Below are positions 32,096 to 33,066 of a stretch of DNA of 33,066 bases, one piece after another. The notes under the pieces were generated by a model. The model was not told the DNA's origin and searched no databases. It saw nothing but the letters and a program-made list of their open reading frames with translations. The stretch is from an uncultured Phycisphaerales bacterium. Its GTDB lineage: Bacteria > Planctomycetota > Phycisphaerae > Phycisphaerales > JAGLTS01. Position numbers and translations under genes: made by a program. The stretch is taken from NCBI GenBank assembly GCA_964655955.1, contig CAZZPX010000002.1:1-33066 (forward strand), in the 5' to 3' direction. Position 1 is the stretch's first letter, and every line of letters begins with the position of its first letter.

Positions 32096-32392
32096 TTAGT
32101 CCCATTCCTCGTCCTCTCTGAGATTGATGGTCCATGCTGGGCAGTGCTTGCAGATATAGAACGCTTCAATGCCCGCTATGACCAGCGGATGATTCGGCGG
32201 AAGAGGCTCTCCTTCGTCGCTTAACATGTCTGGTGCTGATTCAAGCCAGTGATGCCCACCATCGCATAGTGAACACGGCGCGCATGGCCCAACGGATCGG
32301 CCACACTCATCAAGTGCCGCCTCCAGGCACTCTATCTTTCGATGCAGTTCCATGACATTTGCCATTACCACGTTTGCAGCATTCTCATCCAT
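32096..32392 (-). CDS. Cysteine-rich small protein (98 aa)
   Basis: GGAG SD. Contains CxxCxxC (CAPCSLC) and CKHC motifs. Confidence 0.55.
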   Translation of the reverse strand: MDENAANVVMANVMELHRKIECLEAALDECGRSVGPCAPCSLCDGGHHWLESAPDMLSDEGEPLPPNHPLVIAGIEAFYICKHCPAWTINLREDEEWD

Positions 32393-32395
32393 GAT

Positions 32396-32587
32396 TTACT
32401 CCAATACTACATAACTGATCTGCCGCACTGTTGCTGTGCTATACAATGCCGGTCTTTCCCGGCTGTCACCGCATTCTGCTTGGCGGTTCCGCGCTGATCC
32501 GAAGCGAACGTCGGGTGTCGATTTTGCGGGCGTTTTTCCCAAGTGCGCCCAACCAACTTTAACGGCGTTGGAATCACCGTCAGGCAC
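32396..32587 (-). CDS. Possible hypothetical protein (63 aa, GTG start) that exactly fills the gap between flanking genes
   Basis: It starts 18 nt after the upstream stop and ends 3 nt before the next ATG, and it carries that gene's SD in its last codons. The composition is only moderately protein-like. Confidence 0.35.
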   Translation of the reverse strand: MPDGDSNAVKVGWAHLGKTPAKSTPDVRFGSARNRQAECGDSRERPALYSTATVRQISYVVLE

Positions 32588-32605
32588 AATGCACCATAAC
32601 CGATC

Positions 32606-32854
32606 TTACCGGACCAATGTGAATCCAAGCGCCGACAGAGTGTGCCACCCATCGCCTTCGCCTGAATCGCAGGGGATGTTAATTGCTGGGGTGATCTGTA
32701 TCAGGGCTGGCTTGCCCCATCGCGTGTAGCCAACCTGGAACACAGCGGCATCCGTCTCTGTTGTTTCTGTCGATTTGACCTTTCCGGGGCCGAGATCGAT
32801 GCAGATCGAGCACAGTTGTTCATTGACGATCAGTGCAGTTATCTTCGGTCTCAC
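32606..32854 (-). CDS. Hypothetical protein (82 aa, GTG start overlapping the upstream TGA as GTGA)
   Basis: The start is set by translational-coupling geometry. The upstream part of the 139 aa track ORF is an off-frame overlap with the zinc-ribbon gene. Confidence 0.4.
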   Translation of the reverse strand: MRPKITALIVNEQLCSICIDLGPGKVKSTETTETDAAVFQVGYTRWGKPALIQITPAINIPCDSGEGDGWHTLSALGFTLVR

Positions 32855-33066
32855 TTCCCCGCCTCCCCCGCGTCTGCGGGTGTTGGGATCACCGCCTCGC
32901 ACCACTTGTAATGGCAGCGGTTGCAGGTGCGCACGTGCCGCTCCTGTCCGCGATGTTCGATCGGGTCCATCCAATCGCTTTGGCCTCCTGGACGATACGC
33001 AGTGTGTACCGCTTCGTGGCCGCACTTCGGACAGGTCGCGTCAGGTTTGAATGGGGGCAGGGTCAT
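32851..33066 (-). CDS. Zinc-ribbon protein (71 aa; the ATG is the last codon of the window, so the true start could lie beyond it)
   Basis: CPKC ... CNRC pairs. Confidence 0.55.
   Translation of the reverse strand: MTLPPFKPDATCPKCGHEAVHTAYRPGGQSDWMDPIEHRGQERHVRTCNRCHYKWCEAVIPTPADAGEAGK

Noticed and set aside
1-33066. Search for a CRISPR array, integrase/att sites, reverse transcriptase/DGR repeats, toxin-antitoxin pairs and long terminal repeats
   Set aside because: I saw no regularly spaced repeat-spacer array, no recombinase or RT motifs in any frame, and no long direct repeat shared between the window ends by eye. An exhaustive repeat search would need a self-alignment such as a dot-plot or BLASTN of the window against itself.

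Overview
The window reads as most of a compact, high-GC tailed-phage genome or prophage. Gene order resembles P22-like podoviruses and Shine-Dalgarno sites are used throughout. From left to right: (1) A short rightward set of small genes (177-746) sits behind iteron-like repeats and a palindrome. (2) A leftward early operon (3015 to 853) encodes an ArdC-type antirestriction/zincin protein, a stand-alone RFC/DnaX-like AAA+ ATPase and two small proteins. (3) A divergent promoter region precedes a ribbon-helix-helix gene. (4) A roughly 600 bp repeat- and palindrome-rich stretch (3336-3959) has no convincing ORF. (5) One long rightward late operon (3960-30146) holds a putative small terminase, large terminase, three small inserts, portal, scaffold, a GroES-like protein, major capsid, a beta-helix protein, tail/adaptor proteins, a block of internal (ejection-type) proteins including one with a C-terminal Hint autoprocessing domain, a purple-acid-phosphatase-like metallophosphoesterase, and two membrane proteins that look spanin-like. 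(6) A leftward promoter-gene-terminator moron encodes a 38 aa membrane peptide and a glycine-zipper lipoprotein. (7) A tightly packed leftward set of small, mostly cysteine-rich early proteins runs to the right edge. I found no tRNA, rRNA, CRISPR array, integrase, reverse transcriptase, DNA polymerase, recognisable endolysin or recognisable holin. Functional calls rest on motifs I could read in the translations; no database search was run. The best candidates for new biology are the Hint-domain virion protein within the ejection block, the signal-less PAP-like phosphoesterase at the tailspike position, the capsid-module GroES homologue, the membrane moron, and the 600 bp structured noncoding region upstream of the packaging genes.
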